Shown here in pieces: positions 49,443-59,496 of a DNA stretch of 64,000 bases. Source of the DNA: Candidatus Aminicenantes bacterium (GTDB taxonomy: Bacteria > Acidobacteriota > Aminicenantia > Aminicenantales > Saccharicenantaceae); the NCBI GenBank assembly GCA_963736255.1, contig CAVTOI010000002.1, positions 428,411 to 492,410 of the forward strand, read 5' to 3'. Positions within the stretch are counted from its first letter, which is position 1. Each line of letters starts with the position of its first letter. The translations under genes were made by a program, and so were the position numbers. Below the pieces are notes generated by a model. The model made no database searches. It was given only the letters and a program-made list of their open reading frames with translations, and was not told the origin of the DNA.

Positions 49443-51629
49443 GCGGGAGCTAGCCAGGTAGCTGCTGAGGCCGACCGACTTGACGAGGGCCAACGCATCC
49501 GCCCGGTCGACGCCGCGCTTCTGTTTCAGCGATTCGAGGATGCGGATGATGGAGAATGCGACCTCCGCCGTCTGCCCCGCCTCCGCCTGCCGCCCCTTGA
49601 GGTACTCTATCGCATCGTACAGGACCGCGTTCGCTTCGCCGTACGTCACCGGCCCGCGTGCGCCGTTGGCCTTGACCCACTCGGCCGTGCCCAGGACGTC
49701 GTTCACGTGGGATTGGATGAGGAACGTGGCCCGGCCGATGAGCTTGAGGTTGCTCGGGCTGACGTTGGTCATCGTATTGCCGATGACCTTGCCGAGCTTG
49801 GCCATGACCGCCGTCGAATGGGCGTTGAGCAGCATCTTGGCGGCCATCTGTTGCCTGATGCCGAACGGGTCGCCCTCGGCCTTCACGGATACGGGCACGA
49901 CGACGAGCCTCCCGGCCGCGCCCGCCCAGAGTCTCCGGACCCGGCCCGCGATCGCCGCGAACTCCTTCGACGGCTTGTCGGTCAGGAGGATCACGCCTGC
50001 GTCGGCGCCTCCCTCCGCGGCCAGCCTCAGGACCTTGGCGAAGGACGAGCTTGCCTCCTCGAATACGCGCTCTTCCGGCGTCAGTGCGACCAGGACGCAC
50101 AGATCGCCCTTCTTCGGCCCCCGCCCCTCCGTGTTCGCCTTGGACATCGAGAAATCGTAGAGGTCCGCCTGGTCGTCCCCCGCCTTCTTCAGGCTTTCCA
50201 GGGCCGCCCGCCGCAGATAGGGGTCGCCGACCTCCGTCTCGAACGGCCGCCTGTACATCTCCGGATCCAACCCCCGGAAAGGCCGGCCGAGGAAGGCGCG
50301 CCAAGCCTCGGCCTGGTTCGCCGCCTTAGTCCAGACCTGGATCCAGCACTTCCTCCGGGGCTCCTTGACGGTGTCCAGCGGGAAGAGCCGGAAGGTCGGG
50401 CTCCGTTCGGTGCTGTCGATGAAAACGGTGATCAAGCCGTTCTCGGCATAATAGGTCGAGAAGCGTCCGCCCGCGTAGGCCGCGGCCTCGACGTCCGTGA
50501 GGGCCGCCAGCTCCTGGAGGGCCCCTCGCGCGCCTTCCAGGACCCCGCCGAACTCGCCGAGCTTCGCTGCGACCCCGGTCGCTCCCCCCTCGCCCAAGCC
50601 CGCGCTCCGCGTTCCTCCGCCCTGAACCCGAGCCGGGCCATTTCCCGCGCCCCCAGCATCCCGCCCAGGGCCCGCTCCACAGCGGTCTCGACGATCGCCC
50701 CGACGACATAGGTCTCTATCGTCGTCGCCTGCATCCTCGTCGAGCCCGTGATGGACTGCGGCCCCGTCGTCAGGTTGATCTTGGTGATGCCCGGCTCGAG
50801 CAGCACGCTCCGGCTCCGGTCGAACGGCAGCAGCCTGTCGTCCGGGTTGTTGTAGACGAAGTAGAGGCTCTTGCGGCTCTCGGCGGGATCGTACCCCGGC
50901 TCGCCCCGCCACTCGTCGAGCGCAGCCAGCACCGTCCCGATGACCGAGGACGTCTCGCCGCCCTCGGTGACGCAGATGACGACATCGCCCTTCGCGATGC
51001 CCCGGTCGTGGAGCTGGAGCCGCCCGATGAGCTGGAGGTCCTCGAAGCCCTCGAGCGAGCTGATGAGGGCCCGGTCCGCGCCCGTCATCTCGCCGATCAG
51101 GCTCTCCTCGATCGCCGCCCCCGCCGGGATGCGGCCGGCCGCCTTCTTCCAGATCCTCCCGTCCGCCTTGACCTTCCGCCAGAACGGCCGCCAGAACGTG
51201 CTTTCCATCTGCTTGGCCAGCCGTCCCGTCGCCCCGCAGCCGTAGACGTAGATCTTCCTCCCGCCGAGGATGGCCGCTTCGACCGCCTTGGCCGCCTGCT
51301 CGAGCGCTTCCGGCGCCTTGGCGAGCTCGTTCATCCTGGCCAGGATATCGTCGTCGACAGACGACAGCATCTTCAGCCCGGCCAGCGTGTCCTTCTGGAT
51401 GCGCTCGCCGAGATACCACGTCTTCTGATGCCGCTGCTCCGTCAACAGCGTGTGGAGCTGGAACTGGGTCTTGGTCTGGACATAATCGATCGACTCCGCC
51501 GACGGTTCGATCCCGAGGAGTCTGAGCAGCCCGCCGCCCGTTTCGCCGGTCGGCGCGTCCTGACCCGGCATGCCGGCCAGCGCAAAGCATAACAAAACGC
51601 CGGCAATAGCCGCGCCCGCACGGAACATA
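49440..51629 (-). pseudogene. Tandem-SIS protein of the MurQ/GckR family (two MurQ-like etherase/isomerase halves) with an N-terminal signal-peptide-like segment. It is disrupted by several frameshifts.
   Basis: The N-terminal half reads LHTLLTEQRHQKT...YVYGCGATGRLAKQ...ITGSTRMQATT. The C-terminal half reads MAAKMLLNAHSTAVMAKLGKVIGNTMTNVSPSNLKLIGRATFLI. The pieces are spread over ORFs 50432..52531 and 49440..51659. The stop TAA is inside the right TIR of the transposon. Confidence 0.55.
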
Positions 51630-51852
51630 AGGAAAGCTCTCTGAGAGGCGGCGAGGCATGTCGCCCCGAAGCCCCCGTGAGTCAATAAAAAACTCTTCTC
51701 AGATATTTCGCAGAAGTCCGGCTCCGAGTTGCTCCGCCGCACTTCTGCCGGGTCGCTCTCCAGAGTTCGCTTCCCGCCGGCGGGGAAGCGAGGGGCGATA
51801 TCCTGAGCACAGCCTCGCGAGAGATTTCCTTTATGGCGGGCCGACGATTTCA

Positions 51853-52368
51853 TCAATCCTTCCCGTACTGGCGCTCGTCGTCGAGGATGTCGCGTTCCTG
51901 CCAGTCCCGGATCCAGTCCTCGACGCGGAAGATGATCTCCCCGCCGCCCGCCGCCGAGCAGACGACCCGGTCGAGCCCGCAGTTGACGAGCATCTTCTTG
52001 CAGATGTAGCACGGGAACGCGCTGATCGGGTCCGCCCCGCCCGGGGCACTGCCGTAGATGTACATGTTCCCGCCGAGCAGGCTGACGCCCGCCCGGGCGG
52101 CGTTGATGATGGCGTTCTGTTCGGCGTGGACGCTCCGGCAGAGCTCGTAGCGCTGGCCGTGGGGGATGCCCAGCTTGTCCCTCAGGCAGAAGCCGTGTTC
52201 GAGGCTGTCCTTCGTCTTCCTCGGCGCGCCGACGTAGCCCGTCGAGATGATCTGGTCGTCCCGGACGATGATGGCCCCGATGGCCCGGCGGAAACACGTG
52301 CTCCGCTTCGAGACCTCTTTGGCGATGTCCAGGTAGTACCGGTCCTTCGGGGTTCTCGGCGCCGTCAT
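51853..52368 (-). CDS. dCMP / cytidine-deoxycytidylate deaminase family protein.
   Basis: HAEQNAIINAA and PCYICKKMLVNCG are the zinc-binding motifs. Confidence 0.75.
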   Translation of the reverse strand: MTAPRTPKDRYYLDIAKEVSKRSTCFRRAIGAIIVRDDQIISTGYVGAPRKTKDSLEHGFCLRDKLGIPHGQRYELCRSVHAEQNAIINAARAGVSLLGGNMYIYGSAPGGADPISAFPCYICKKMLVNCGLDRVVCSAAGGGEIIFRVEDWIRDWQERDILDDERQYGKD

Positions 52369-52908
52369 GCGACCTCCTCGAGCTTGCGGTGGAATTCCAG
52401 GATGGTCCCGTCGTTGACGATAAGCCGGTCGGCCGCGGCCATGCACGCCTCGAGCTGCTGGGCCGTCGTCCCTCCGGTCCTCTCCTCGTCCTCTTTCTTC
52501 TTAAAGGCCTCGAGGTCGGCCGCCGATTCATCCCGCCCGCGCACCGCCACTCGCCCGAACCTCAGCGGCGATCGGGGCGTCGATGGCCAGCAGCACGAAG
52601 CCCTCCTGCCGGCGCAGATATTCGATCTCGCCCGTATTGCGGATGCTGTCGATGACCGCCCGCCCGCCGCCGATCTTATCGATCGTCCGCCGGGCCAGGA
52701 CGTCCGGACCGCCGAGCTCCCGGAGCTCGTTCCCGGTCCGGATGAGGTTGTCCCTGCTCGCGGACTCGCCCCGCTCCCGGAGCTCGTCCCGGATGACGTC
52801 GGACAGGGAGAAGTAGGCGTAGCCCCGGGTCCCGAAATACGCCGCGGCTTCGCCCTTGCCGGCCCCGTTGGTGCCGGTCAGCCCGATCAGCCGTGGCTTG
52901 GCGTTCAC
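52365..52908 (-). CDS. P-loop (d)NMP kinase-like protein, with a frameshift near 52540.
   Basis: GTG start, then the Walker A motif IGLTGTNGAGKGEAAAYF. The C-terminus continues in ORF 52365..52550. It has ATGA-type overlaps with both neighbours. Confidence 0.5.
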
Positions 52909-54548
52909 TTTTTCAGTATCCTGGGCAGGGCCCGGACGTAGTTCAGCAGGGGAGCGGTGGCTTTGAGCCGGGGCCACTCCTTGCGCAGCCCCAGGATGGC
53001 CTGCATTTTCGCCCGGAGCCCCCCGCCGTGGAAGATCGTGACCGCCTTCTCCATGATCCCGGACAGGCTGGCGTCGTACGGGAACCACCAGGTTTGGGCC
53101 TTTTTCCGGAAAAAGTCCTCCCCGACGAGCTTGATATTCACGAGCTCATGGAGGCCGTAGGGGCCGTGGGAGCGCCCCATGCCGGTCTGCTTGATGCCGC
53201 CCCAGATCGCCCTGGGCTCGCAGAAGGAATACATGTGATCATTGACCGTGACCGAGCCCGCCTCGAGACGCTCGGCGAACCAGGCCGCCCGCCGCCTGTC
53301 GCGCGTCCAGACTGAGGCCGTCAGCCCGTAGAGGCTGTCGTTGGCCAAGGCCACGGCACGTTCGTCGCCGTCGAAGGCCATGATGGGCAGGGTCGGGCCG
53401 AATGTCTCCTCGGTCATGCACCGCATCGTGTGGTCGACGCCGGTGAGGACCGTCGGCTCGAGGAAATGGCCGGCAAGGCCGGCCGGGCGGCCGCCGCCGA
53501 CAGGTATCCCCGCGCCCTTGGCCCGCGCGTCGGCGATGTGTTCCTCGACGAGCTGACGCTGGCCGGCCGTGGCCATCGGCCCCATGTCGACGCCTGGTTC
53601 GAGCGGATCCCCGACCCGGATCTGCCGGGCCAGCTCGACGACACGCGCCGTGAAAGCCTCGGCGACATTCCGCTCGACATAGACCCGCTCGACCGACCCG
53701 CAGCTCTGGCCGCAGTTCATGAAGGCCGTCCAGACGGCCCCCCGGGCAGCGCGCTCGATGTCGGCGTCCCCGAGGACGATCATCGGGTCCTTGCCGCCGA
53801 GCTCGAGGGTCAGGTTGGTCAGGTTCCGGCTGCAGAGCTCCATGATGCGCCTGCCGATACCGACGCTGCCGGTGAACATGACGGTCTGGACGTCCGGGTC
53901 GACGATCATGGCCTCGGCCAGGGGCGTCTTGCAGACGACGACGTTGAGGGCGCCGGGCGGCAGGCCGGCCTCGGCGAAGATCTCGCCGATGACGAGCGCC
54001 GCGAACGGCGTGGCTGTCGAAGGGCGGAGGACGACGGTGTTGCCCGCCGCGAGGGAGCTCATGACGTCGAACATGGGGATGAGGAACGGGAAGTTCCAGG
54101 GCGAGATGATGAGGGTCGGCCCGAGCGGATGGAAGTGATAAGTGGCCGATTTGTTGAGGAACAACGGCGTATAGTGCCCGTCCCGCTTCGGACGCAGGAG
54201 CCGGCCCATGTTCTCGGCATAATAGCCGAGGGACTGGAGGGCCCCGAAGACCTCGACCGCGAGCGATTCGGGATAGGGGGAGCCCTTCTCCCGGGCGATG
54301 AGCCGGGCGACCTCCGTCGCCCGCCGGGCCAGCACGTTCTCGGCCCGCTTGAGGATGTCCCGCTTCTCCCGGGGATCAAGCCAGCGCCAGACTGGATAGG
54401 CCGCCTTGGCGGCCGCAATGGCCTTCTCGCAAAGCTCCCGGGAGGCGACCGAGACCTCGCCCACGGCCTCGAGGGTGGCCGGGTTCTCGGAAACGAGCTT
54501 CTGGTCCGTCTCGATGCGCTCGCCGCCGATGATAAGGCGTCCGTCCAT
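52905..54548 (-). CDS. NAD(P)-dependent aldehyde dehydrogenase.
   Basis: LELGGKDP with the catalytic Cys in FMNCGQSC, plus other ALDH family motifs. Confidence 0.8.
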   Translation of the reverse strand: MDGRLIIGGERIETDQKLVSENPATLEAVGEVSVASRELCEKAIAAAKAAYPVWRWLDPREKRDILKRAENVLARRATEVARLIAREKGSPYPESLAVEVFGALQSLGYYAENMGRLLRPKRDGHYTPLFLNKSATYHFHPLGPTLIISPWNFPFLIPMFDVMSSLAAGNTVVLRPSTATPFAALVIGEIFAEAGLPPGALNVVVCKTPLAEAMIVDPDVQTVMFTGSVGIGRRIMELCSRNLTNLTLELGGKDPMIVLGDADIERAARGAVWTAFMNCGQSCGSVERVYVERNVAEAFTARVVELARQIRVGDPLEPGVDMGPMATAGQRQLVEEHIADARAKGAGIPVGGGRPAGLAGHFLEPTVLTGVDHTMRCMTEETFGPTLPIMAFDGDERAVALANDSLYGLTASVWTRDRRRAAWFAERLEAGSVTVNDHMYSFCEPRAIWGGIKQTGMGRSHGPYGLHELVNIKLVGEDFFRKKAQTWWFPYDASLSGIMEKAVTIFHGGGLRAKMQAILGLRKEWPRLKATAPLLNYVRALPRILKK

Positions 54549-54560
54549 GTCCGCCGGTCC

Positions 54561-55301
54561 TCAGCCCGCCCGCTCCGCGCCGTCCCGGTCGGCCTTGTCC
54601 CTGCCGCGGCCGACGACGAGGGCGATCAGGATGCCGAGGCCGTAGAGGGCCAGCATCGGAACGGCCACGATGCTCTGCGTGATGGGGTCCGGCGTGGGCG
54701 TGATCACGGCGGCGATGACGAAGACGAGGAGCACGGCGTACTTGAAGTTCTTGATCATCCAGCGGGCCGTGATGAGGCCCATTTTAGCCAAAAAGAAGAC
54801 GAGCGTCGGCAGCTCGAAGACGAGGGCGATGCTGAGGAGGACCTTCAGGGCCAGGCCGAAGTATTCGTCGACCTTGATGACCGGCTGGAAGTCGCTGGCG
54901 ATCTTCAGGAAGAAGCGGCAAGCCCAGGGGAAGACGAAGAGGTAGCCGAAGACCGCGCCGAGCGAGAAGAAGAACGTGGTCATGAACACGAAGGGGATGA
55001 CGTACTTCTTTTCCTTTCGGTAGAGGCCCGGGGCGATGAAGTACCAGATCTGAAGGAAGACGAACGGCGACATGACGAATAGGGATGCCAGGAAGGCCAC
55101 CTTCATATAGACCATGAATGGGGCCGTCAGGCCGGTGAAGGCGAGCTTGGTCCCCGCTGGGAGGTACTTGGTCACGGGGCGGGCCAGGATATTGTAGATG
55201 TCCTTGGCGAAGAACCAGCCCGGGAGGAAGCCGATGAAGAGAGCGATGATGGAATAGAAGAGCCGCTTTCGGAGATCCTCCAGATGCTCGAGGAAGGTCA
55301 T
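54561..55301 (-). CDS. tatC: Twin-arginine translocase subunit TatC.
   Basis: MTFLEHLEDLRKRLFYS with six TM helices, 246 aa. Confidence 0.8.
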   Translation of the reverse strand: MTFLEHLEDLRKRLFYSIIALFIGFLPGWFFAKDIYNILARPVTKYLPAGTKLAFTGLTAPFMVYMKVAFLASLFVMSPFVFLQIWYFIAPGLYRKEKKYVIPFVFMTTFFFSLGAVFGYLFVFPWACRFFLKIASDFQPVIKVDEYFGLALKVLLSIALVFELPTLVFFLAKMGLITARWMIKNFKYAVLLVFVIAAVITPTPDPITQSIVAVPMLALYGLGILIALVVGRGRDKADRDGAERAG

Positions 55302-55305
55302 CTCG

Positions 55306-55611
55306 TCAGGTGACTTTCGGCCCTTCCCCGTTCTCATCTTTCTCCGCGTCCTTGGCGATGTCGTCCGTAAAGCTCTTGACTTCGGATTTGATGCCGTCCA
55401 TGCCGGCCTGGATGTCCTTGCGGATGTCCTTGATCTCCGACGCCTCGATCTCCTCCTCGATGCGGCCTTTGATCTCCTCCGAGGTCTTCTTGAACTCCCG
55501 GAGGGCCTTGCCGACGGTGCGGCCGATCTCGGGCAGCTTCTTGGGACCGAAAACGAGCAGGGCGATGACGAAGATGAGGATGAGTTCCGCCGGTCCGATG
55601 CTCCCGAACAT
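55306..55611 (-). CDS. tatA: Twin-arginine translocase TatA/TatB family protein.
   Basis: MFGSIGPAELILIFVIALLVFGPKKLPEIGRTVGKALREFK. Confidence 0.8.
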   Translation of the reverse strand: MFGSIGPAELILIFVIALLVFGPKKLPEIGRTVGKALREFKKTSEEIKGRIEEEIEASEIKDIRKDIQAGMDGIKSEVKSFTDDIAKDAEKDENGEGPKVT

Positions 55612-55738
55612 AGGCTTCTCGAAGCGGTATTATAGCACGGCCTCACTTGACGGCCAAAGGTCGGTCCTCGAGACGTCTCCTTCTCCGGCGTTTCCCCCAT
55701 CCGTCCTACGGCGGGAAGCGGAGTCCTCGAAGCGACCT

Positions 55739-55797
55739 GCAGAATTGGGGCTGAGCACTCGAAGCCGCAATTCTGCGAAATATCTTGACCAAGATAT
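55739..55797. promoter_or_regulatory. Operator-like palindromes in the tatA-ctpA divergent region.
   Basis: A 9-bp IR GCAGAATTG...CAATTCTGC (55739-55776) is immediately followed by the 8-2-8 palindrome ATATCTTGacCAAGATAT (55780-55797). Confidence 0.45.
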
Positions 55798-55925
55798 CTC
55801 CCAGCACCGCTCCTCCAGGTCATTCCGGAGCGGCGCTGATGGTCGCTCCCGAAAGTCCGCTCCCTGCCGGCCCCCACGCCGTCGCGTCATCGTCCCTCGG
55901 CCCGTTCCCTCCAGGGCAGATCGGC

Positions 55926-55954
55926 TTTACACTGGCCCGTCCGGATGGTAGAAT
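55926..55954 (+). promoter_or_regulatory. Sigma70-like promoter of ctpA.
   Basis: TTTACA-17 nt-TAGAAT lies about 15 nt upstream of the start codon. Confidence 0.45.
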
Positions 55955-55963
55955 TGGCGGGAA

Positions 55964-57541
55964 GTGAAGTCTATGAAAAAAGGCCTGACCTACCTGGTCC
56001 TCGCCGTGCTGGTCATCCTCCCGATCCCGTCCCATGACGAGGACCTCTGGGCGGCGGCCGAGGCCAAGGCCCGGGCCATCGCCGGGGTCCTCGAAGCGAA
56101 CTACTACAAGCCGCTCGAGGAGGAGACCCTGGCCGTGGCCTCGATCAAGGGGACGCTCGACACCCTCGATCCCCACTCCTACTTCCTCGACCCCTCGAGC
56201 TTCTCACGGATGCGCGAGGACTATACGGGCAAGTATTACGGCGTGGGCCTGCAGATCCAGAAGCAGGGCGACAACATCGTCGTCATCGCCCCCATCGAGG
56301 GCGGCCCGTCGTATCGCCTGGGGATCCTCCCGGGCGACATCATCTCGCGCATCGACGGTGAGTCGACCGTGCCGATCTCGAGCTACGACGCCATGCAGAA
56401 GCTTCGCGGCGAGAAGGGGACCAAGGTCACGGTCACCTTCGTGCGCGAAGGCGCGGAGAAGCCGTTCGACCTGACGATCACCCGCGAGGAGATCCCGCTC
56501 CTGAGCGTGCCCTACGCCTTCCTCCTCAACGAAAGCACCGGCTACATCTACATCCGGAATTTCGGCGAGGAAACGCCGAAGGAGCTCGAGGACGCGCTGG
56601 AGAAGCTCGCGGCGCAGGGGATGAAGAGCCTCGTTCTCGACTTGAGGCTGAACACGGGCGGGGCCCTCGCCGCCTCGGTCGAGGTCTCGGACCTGTTCCT
56701 CCCGCGGGGCGCGCGTATCGTGTCCATGAAGGGTCGCAACCCGGCCTACGACCGGGAATTCCCGGCCTTCATGGACGATCAGTACGAGAAGCTGCCCCTC
56801 GTCATCCTCATCGACCAGGGGACGGCCAGCGCTTCCGAGATCGTCAGCGGCGCGGTCATGGACCACGACCGCGGCCTCATCGTCGGCGAGGACTCGTGGG
56901 GCAAGGGCCTCGTTCAGACCGTCTTTCCGCTGGCCCCGAACATGGCCGTCGCCCTCACCGTCGCCAAGTACCTGACCCCGAGCGGGCGGTCCATCCAGCG
57001 CGATTACAGCCATCTCGACGACTACCTCACGAGCAAGCGCGCTCCCGAAGACAGCCGCGAAGTCCGCTACACCGAGCATGGGCGACGGGTCCTCGGGCAA
57101 GGCGGCATCACTCCCGATTACGCCGTCAACTCCCTGCTCAAGCCGCTCACCGGGCGGCTCCGTATGAGCGGAGAGTTCTTCACTTATGCCCGGCGGCTCG
57201 TCGGTCACCAGACCGACCTCGGCCGGGCGTTCGTCTTCCCCAAGGAGCCCAAGCCGGCCGGGGCCGCCTCGGCCGGGAAGATCCAGATCGGCACCTCCTT
57301 CATCGTCAACGACGACGTCATCGCCGATTTCCGCAAGTACCTCGGATCGCGCAAGATCGAGGTCGAGGAAAAGGCGTTCGGGGAAGCCGTGCCGGAGATC
57401 CGCTGGGAGCTCGAGCGCGAGATCGCCGGGGCCATCTGGGGCGTCGAGGCCGGGATCAAAGCTGCCCGCGAGAACGACCCCGTCGTCCTCAAGGCGCTCG
57501 AGGTCATGCCCGAAGCGGCCAAGCTCCTCGATCTGAAGTGA
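55964..57541 (+). CDS. ctpA: S41 family C-terminal processing peptidase (tail-specific protease) with a PDZ domain.
   Basis: Signal peptide. The PDZ region is GILPGDIISRIDGE. The S41 core reads LVLDLRLNTGGAL...ILIDQGTASASEI. The start could be the GTG at 55964 or the ATG at 55973. Confidence 0.8.
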   Translation: MKSMKKGLTYLVLAVLVILPIPSHDEDLWAAAEAKARAIAGVLEANYYKPLEEETLAVASIKGTLDTLDPHSYFLDPSSFSRMREDYTGKYYGVGLQIQKQGDNIVVIAPIEGGPSYRLGILPGDIISRIDGESTVPISSYDAMQKLRGEKGTKVTVTFVREGAEKPFDLTITREEIPLLSVPYAFLLNESTGYIYIRNFGEETPKELEDALEKLAAQGMKSLVLDLRLNTGGALAASVEVSDLFLPRGARIVSMKGRNPAYDREFPAFMDDQYEKLPLVILIDQGTASASEIVSGAVMDHDRGLIVGEDSWGKGLVQTVFPLAPNMAVALTVAKYLTPSGRSIQRDYSHLDDYLTSKRAPEDSREVRYTEHGRRVLGQGGITPDYAVNSLLKPLTGRLRMSGEFFTYARRLVGHQTDLGRAFVFPKEPKPAGAASAGKIQIGTSFIVNDDVIADFRKYLGSRKIEVEEKAFGEAVPEIRWELEREIAGAIWGVEAGIKAARENDPVVLKALEVMPEAAKLLDLK

Positions 57542-57591
57542 GCGGCGGCGGCCCGGCCGCCGGGCCGAGGGGGGAGCGAAAGGAGTCCGAC

Positions 57592-58041
57592 ATGAAGATC
57601 GCGCTGGCCTCCGACCATGCCGGCTATGACCTCAAGACGGGCGTCGCCGAATACCTCCGCGGCCGCGGCCTCCCCTTCGAAGACTTCGGGTGCGGGCCCG
57701 GCGAGTCCGTGGATTACGTCGATTACGCCGCCAAGGGCGCCCGGGCCGTCCTCGCCGGCGATTGCGACCGGGCCATCCTCATCTGCGGCACCGGGCTCGG
57801 CATGGCCATCGTGGCCAACAAGTTCAAGGGCATTCGGGCGACGCCCTGCACCTGCGAATACGCCGCCGAGGTAAGCCGCCTCCACAACGACTCGAACTGC
57901 CTGACCCTGGGCGGCCGGACCCATACTCTCGAGATGGCCTCCCGCCTCGTCAAGATCTGGCTCGAGACGCCTTTCGAAGGCGGGCGGCACGGCCGAAGGG
58001 TCCAGAAGATACGCGACATCGAGAACGAGAATCTCAAATAA
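57592..58041 (+). CDS. rpiB: Ribose-5-phosphate isomerase B.
   Basis: MKIALASDHAGYDLK...ILICGTGLGMAIVANK, with an AAAGGAG SD. Confidence 0.8.
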   Translation: MKIALASDHAGYDLKTGVAEYLRGRGLPFEDFGCGPGESVDYVDYAAKGARAVLAGDCDRAILICGTGLGMAIVANKFKGIRATPCTCEYAAEVSRLHNDSNCLTLGGRTHTLEMASRLVKIWLETPFEGGRHGRRVQKIRDIENENLK

Positions 58042-58051
58042 GGAAGGTCCC

Positions 58052-59494
58052 ATGCCATCATTCGCCGAAAAAGCCAAGGACCTGGCCGCGCGGGCCGAAA
58101 AGAACAGCGCCTGGCGCCAGAAGGACTGCTTCAATCTCATCCCCTCGGAATCGACGCCCTCTCTCCTCGTCAAGATGTGCGAGATCGCCGACCCGGCCGG
58201 CCGGTACGCCGAGCACCGGTCGATGAAAGGGGAGGAGGTCTACTTCTATCAGGGCACCGACTTCATTCGGGACGTCGAGATCGAGTGCCAGAAGGAGCTG
58301 GCCGCCTTCTTCGGCTGCTCCGATATCGAGCTGCGGCCCATCAGCGGACAGATGGCCAACGAGGTCGTCTTCAAGGGCCTGGTCAAGTTCGTCAACCGCG
58401 GCCGGGCCGAGGGACAGGCCTCGCGCCGGATCCGCCTCGTCCTCAACAACGAGCTCATCTACGGCGGGCACCTCAGCGCCCAGCCCATGGGGGCCCTGTT
58501 CAACTTCGTCGCGGAAGATCCGGCGACGGGCAAGGAGCAGGTCGTCAACTTCCCCGTCCGCAAGGACAACCCCTACAAGCCCGACCTCGAACGCCTGGCC
58601 GGGATCCTCGAGTCCCACAAGCCGGAGCTCATCATCTTCGGCAAGAGCATGTTCCTCTACCGCGAGCCGGTCAAGTTCGTGGCCGACATCGTCCGCGATT
58701 GGAAGGAGCGGCCGGTCCTGATGTTCGACATGGCCCACGTCCTGGGCCTCTACGGGGCTTTCCAGGCCCCCTTCGATGAGGGCGCGGACCTTGTCACCGG
58801 CAGCACCCACAAGACGTTCTTCGGGACGCAGCGCGGCGTCGTCGCCGGCAACATCCCGAAGGGCTCCCCGCTCCGGCCCCTATGGGTCGAGATCAAGGGC
58901 CGGGCCTTCCCCGGCTCGACGAGCAACCACCATCTCGGGACGCTCCTCGGCCTGCTCATGGCCTCTTACGAGATGAACGCCTTCAAGGAACCCTTCCAGA
59001 AGCAGGTCCAGGCCAACGCCCGGGCCCTGGCCAAGGCTCTCCATGCCCACGGCATCCCGGTCGAAGGCGACCCGGCCGACGGGTTTACCGAGACCCACCA
59101 GGTCATCATCAGGGTCAAGAGCTTCGGGCCCGGCATGGAGATCGCCAGGCGGCTCGAGACGAACAATGTCCTGACCAACTACCAGGCCCTGCCCGACGAC
59201 GCCACGTTCCTCGAGTCGAGCGGCATCCGCCTGGGCGTCCAGGAGATGACCCGGTTCGGCATGGTCGAGAAGGACTTCGACATACTTGCCGGGTTGATGG
59301 CCGACATCATCATCCGGAACAAGCCGGCCGGCCCCGATGTGGCCCGCTACCGGAAGAGCTTCCTGACCATGGGCTTCACGCTACCGCCCGCCGAGGCCCT
59401 GCCTCTCGCGGCGCAGGTCCTCGCGAGCGTCATTCCCGAATCCGGCTACGCGGCCGAGTTCGCAGACAAGCTCCGCCGGGCCGCCGGGGCGTGA
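58052..59494 (+). CDS. glyA: Serine hydroxymethyltransferase family protein, of a divergent (archaeal-like) type.
   Basis: NLIPSESTPS...GSTHKTFFGTQRG is the PLP-lysine region. It is 480 aa. Confidence 0.7.
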   Translation: MPSFAEKAKDLAARAEKNSAWRQKDCFNLIPSESTPSLLVKMCEIADPAGRYAEHRSMKGEEVYFYQGTDFIRDVEIECQKELAAFFGCSDIELRPISGQMANEVVFKGLVKFVNRGRAEGQASRRIRLVLNNELIYGGHLSAQPMGALFNFVAEDPATGKEQVVNFPVRKDNPYKPDLERLAGILESHKPELIIFGKSMFLYREPVKFVADIVRDWKERPVLMFDMAHVLGLYGAFQAPFDEGADLVTGSTHKTFFGTQRGVVAGNIPKGSPLRPLWVEIKGRAFPGSTSNHHLGTLLGLLMASYEMNAFKEPFQKQVQANARALAKALHAHGIPVEGDPADGFTETHQVIIRVKSFGPGMEIARRLETNNVLTNYQALPDDATFLESSGIRLGVQEMTRFGMVEKDFDILAGLMADIIIRNKPAGPDVARYRKSFLTMGFTLPPAEALPLAAQVLASVIPESGYAAEFADKLRRAAGA

Positions 59495-59496
59495 CC

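Noticed and set aside
51768-51790. Palindrome CGCTTCCCGCCGGCGGGGAAGCG downstream of the deaminase gene as an intrinsic terminator.
   Set aside because: It is GC-rich and self-complementary, but it has no loop of adequate size and no downstream U-tract on the transcribed strand.
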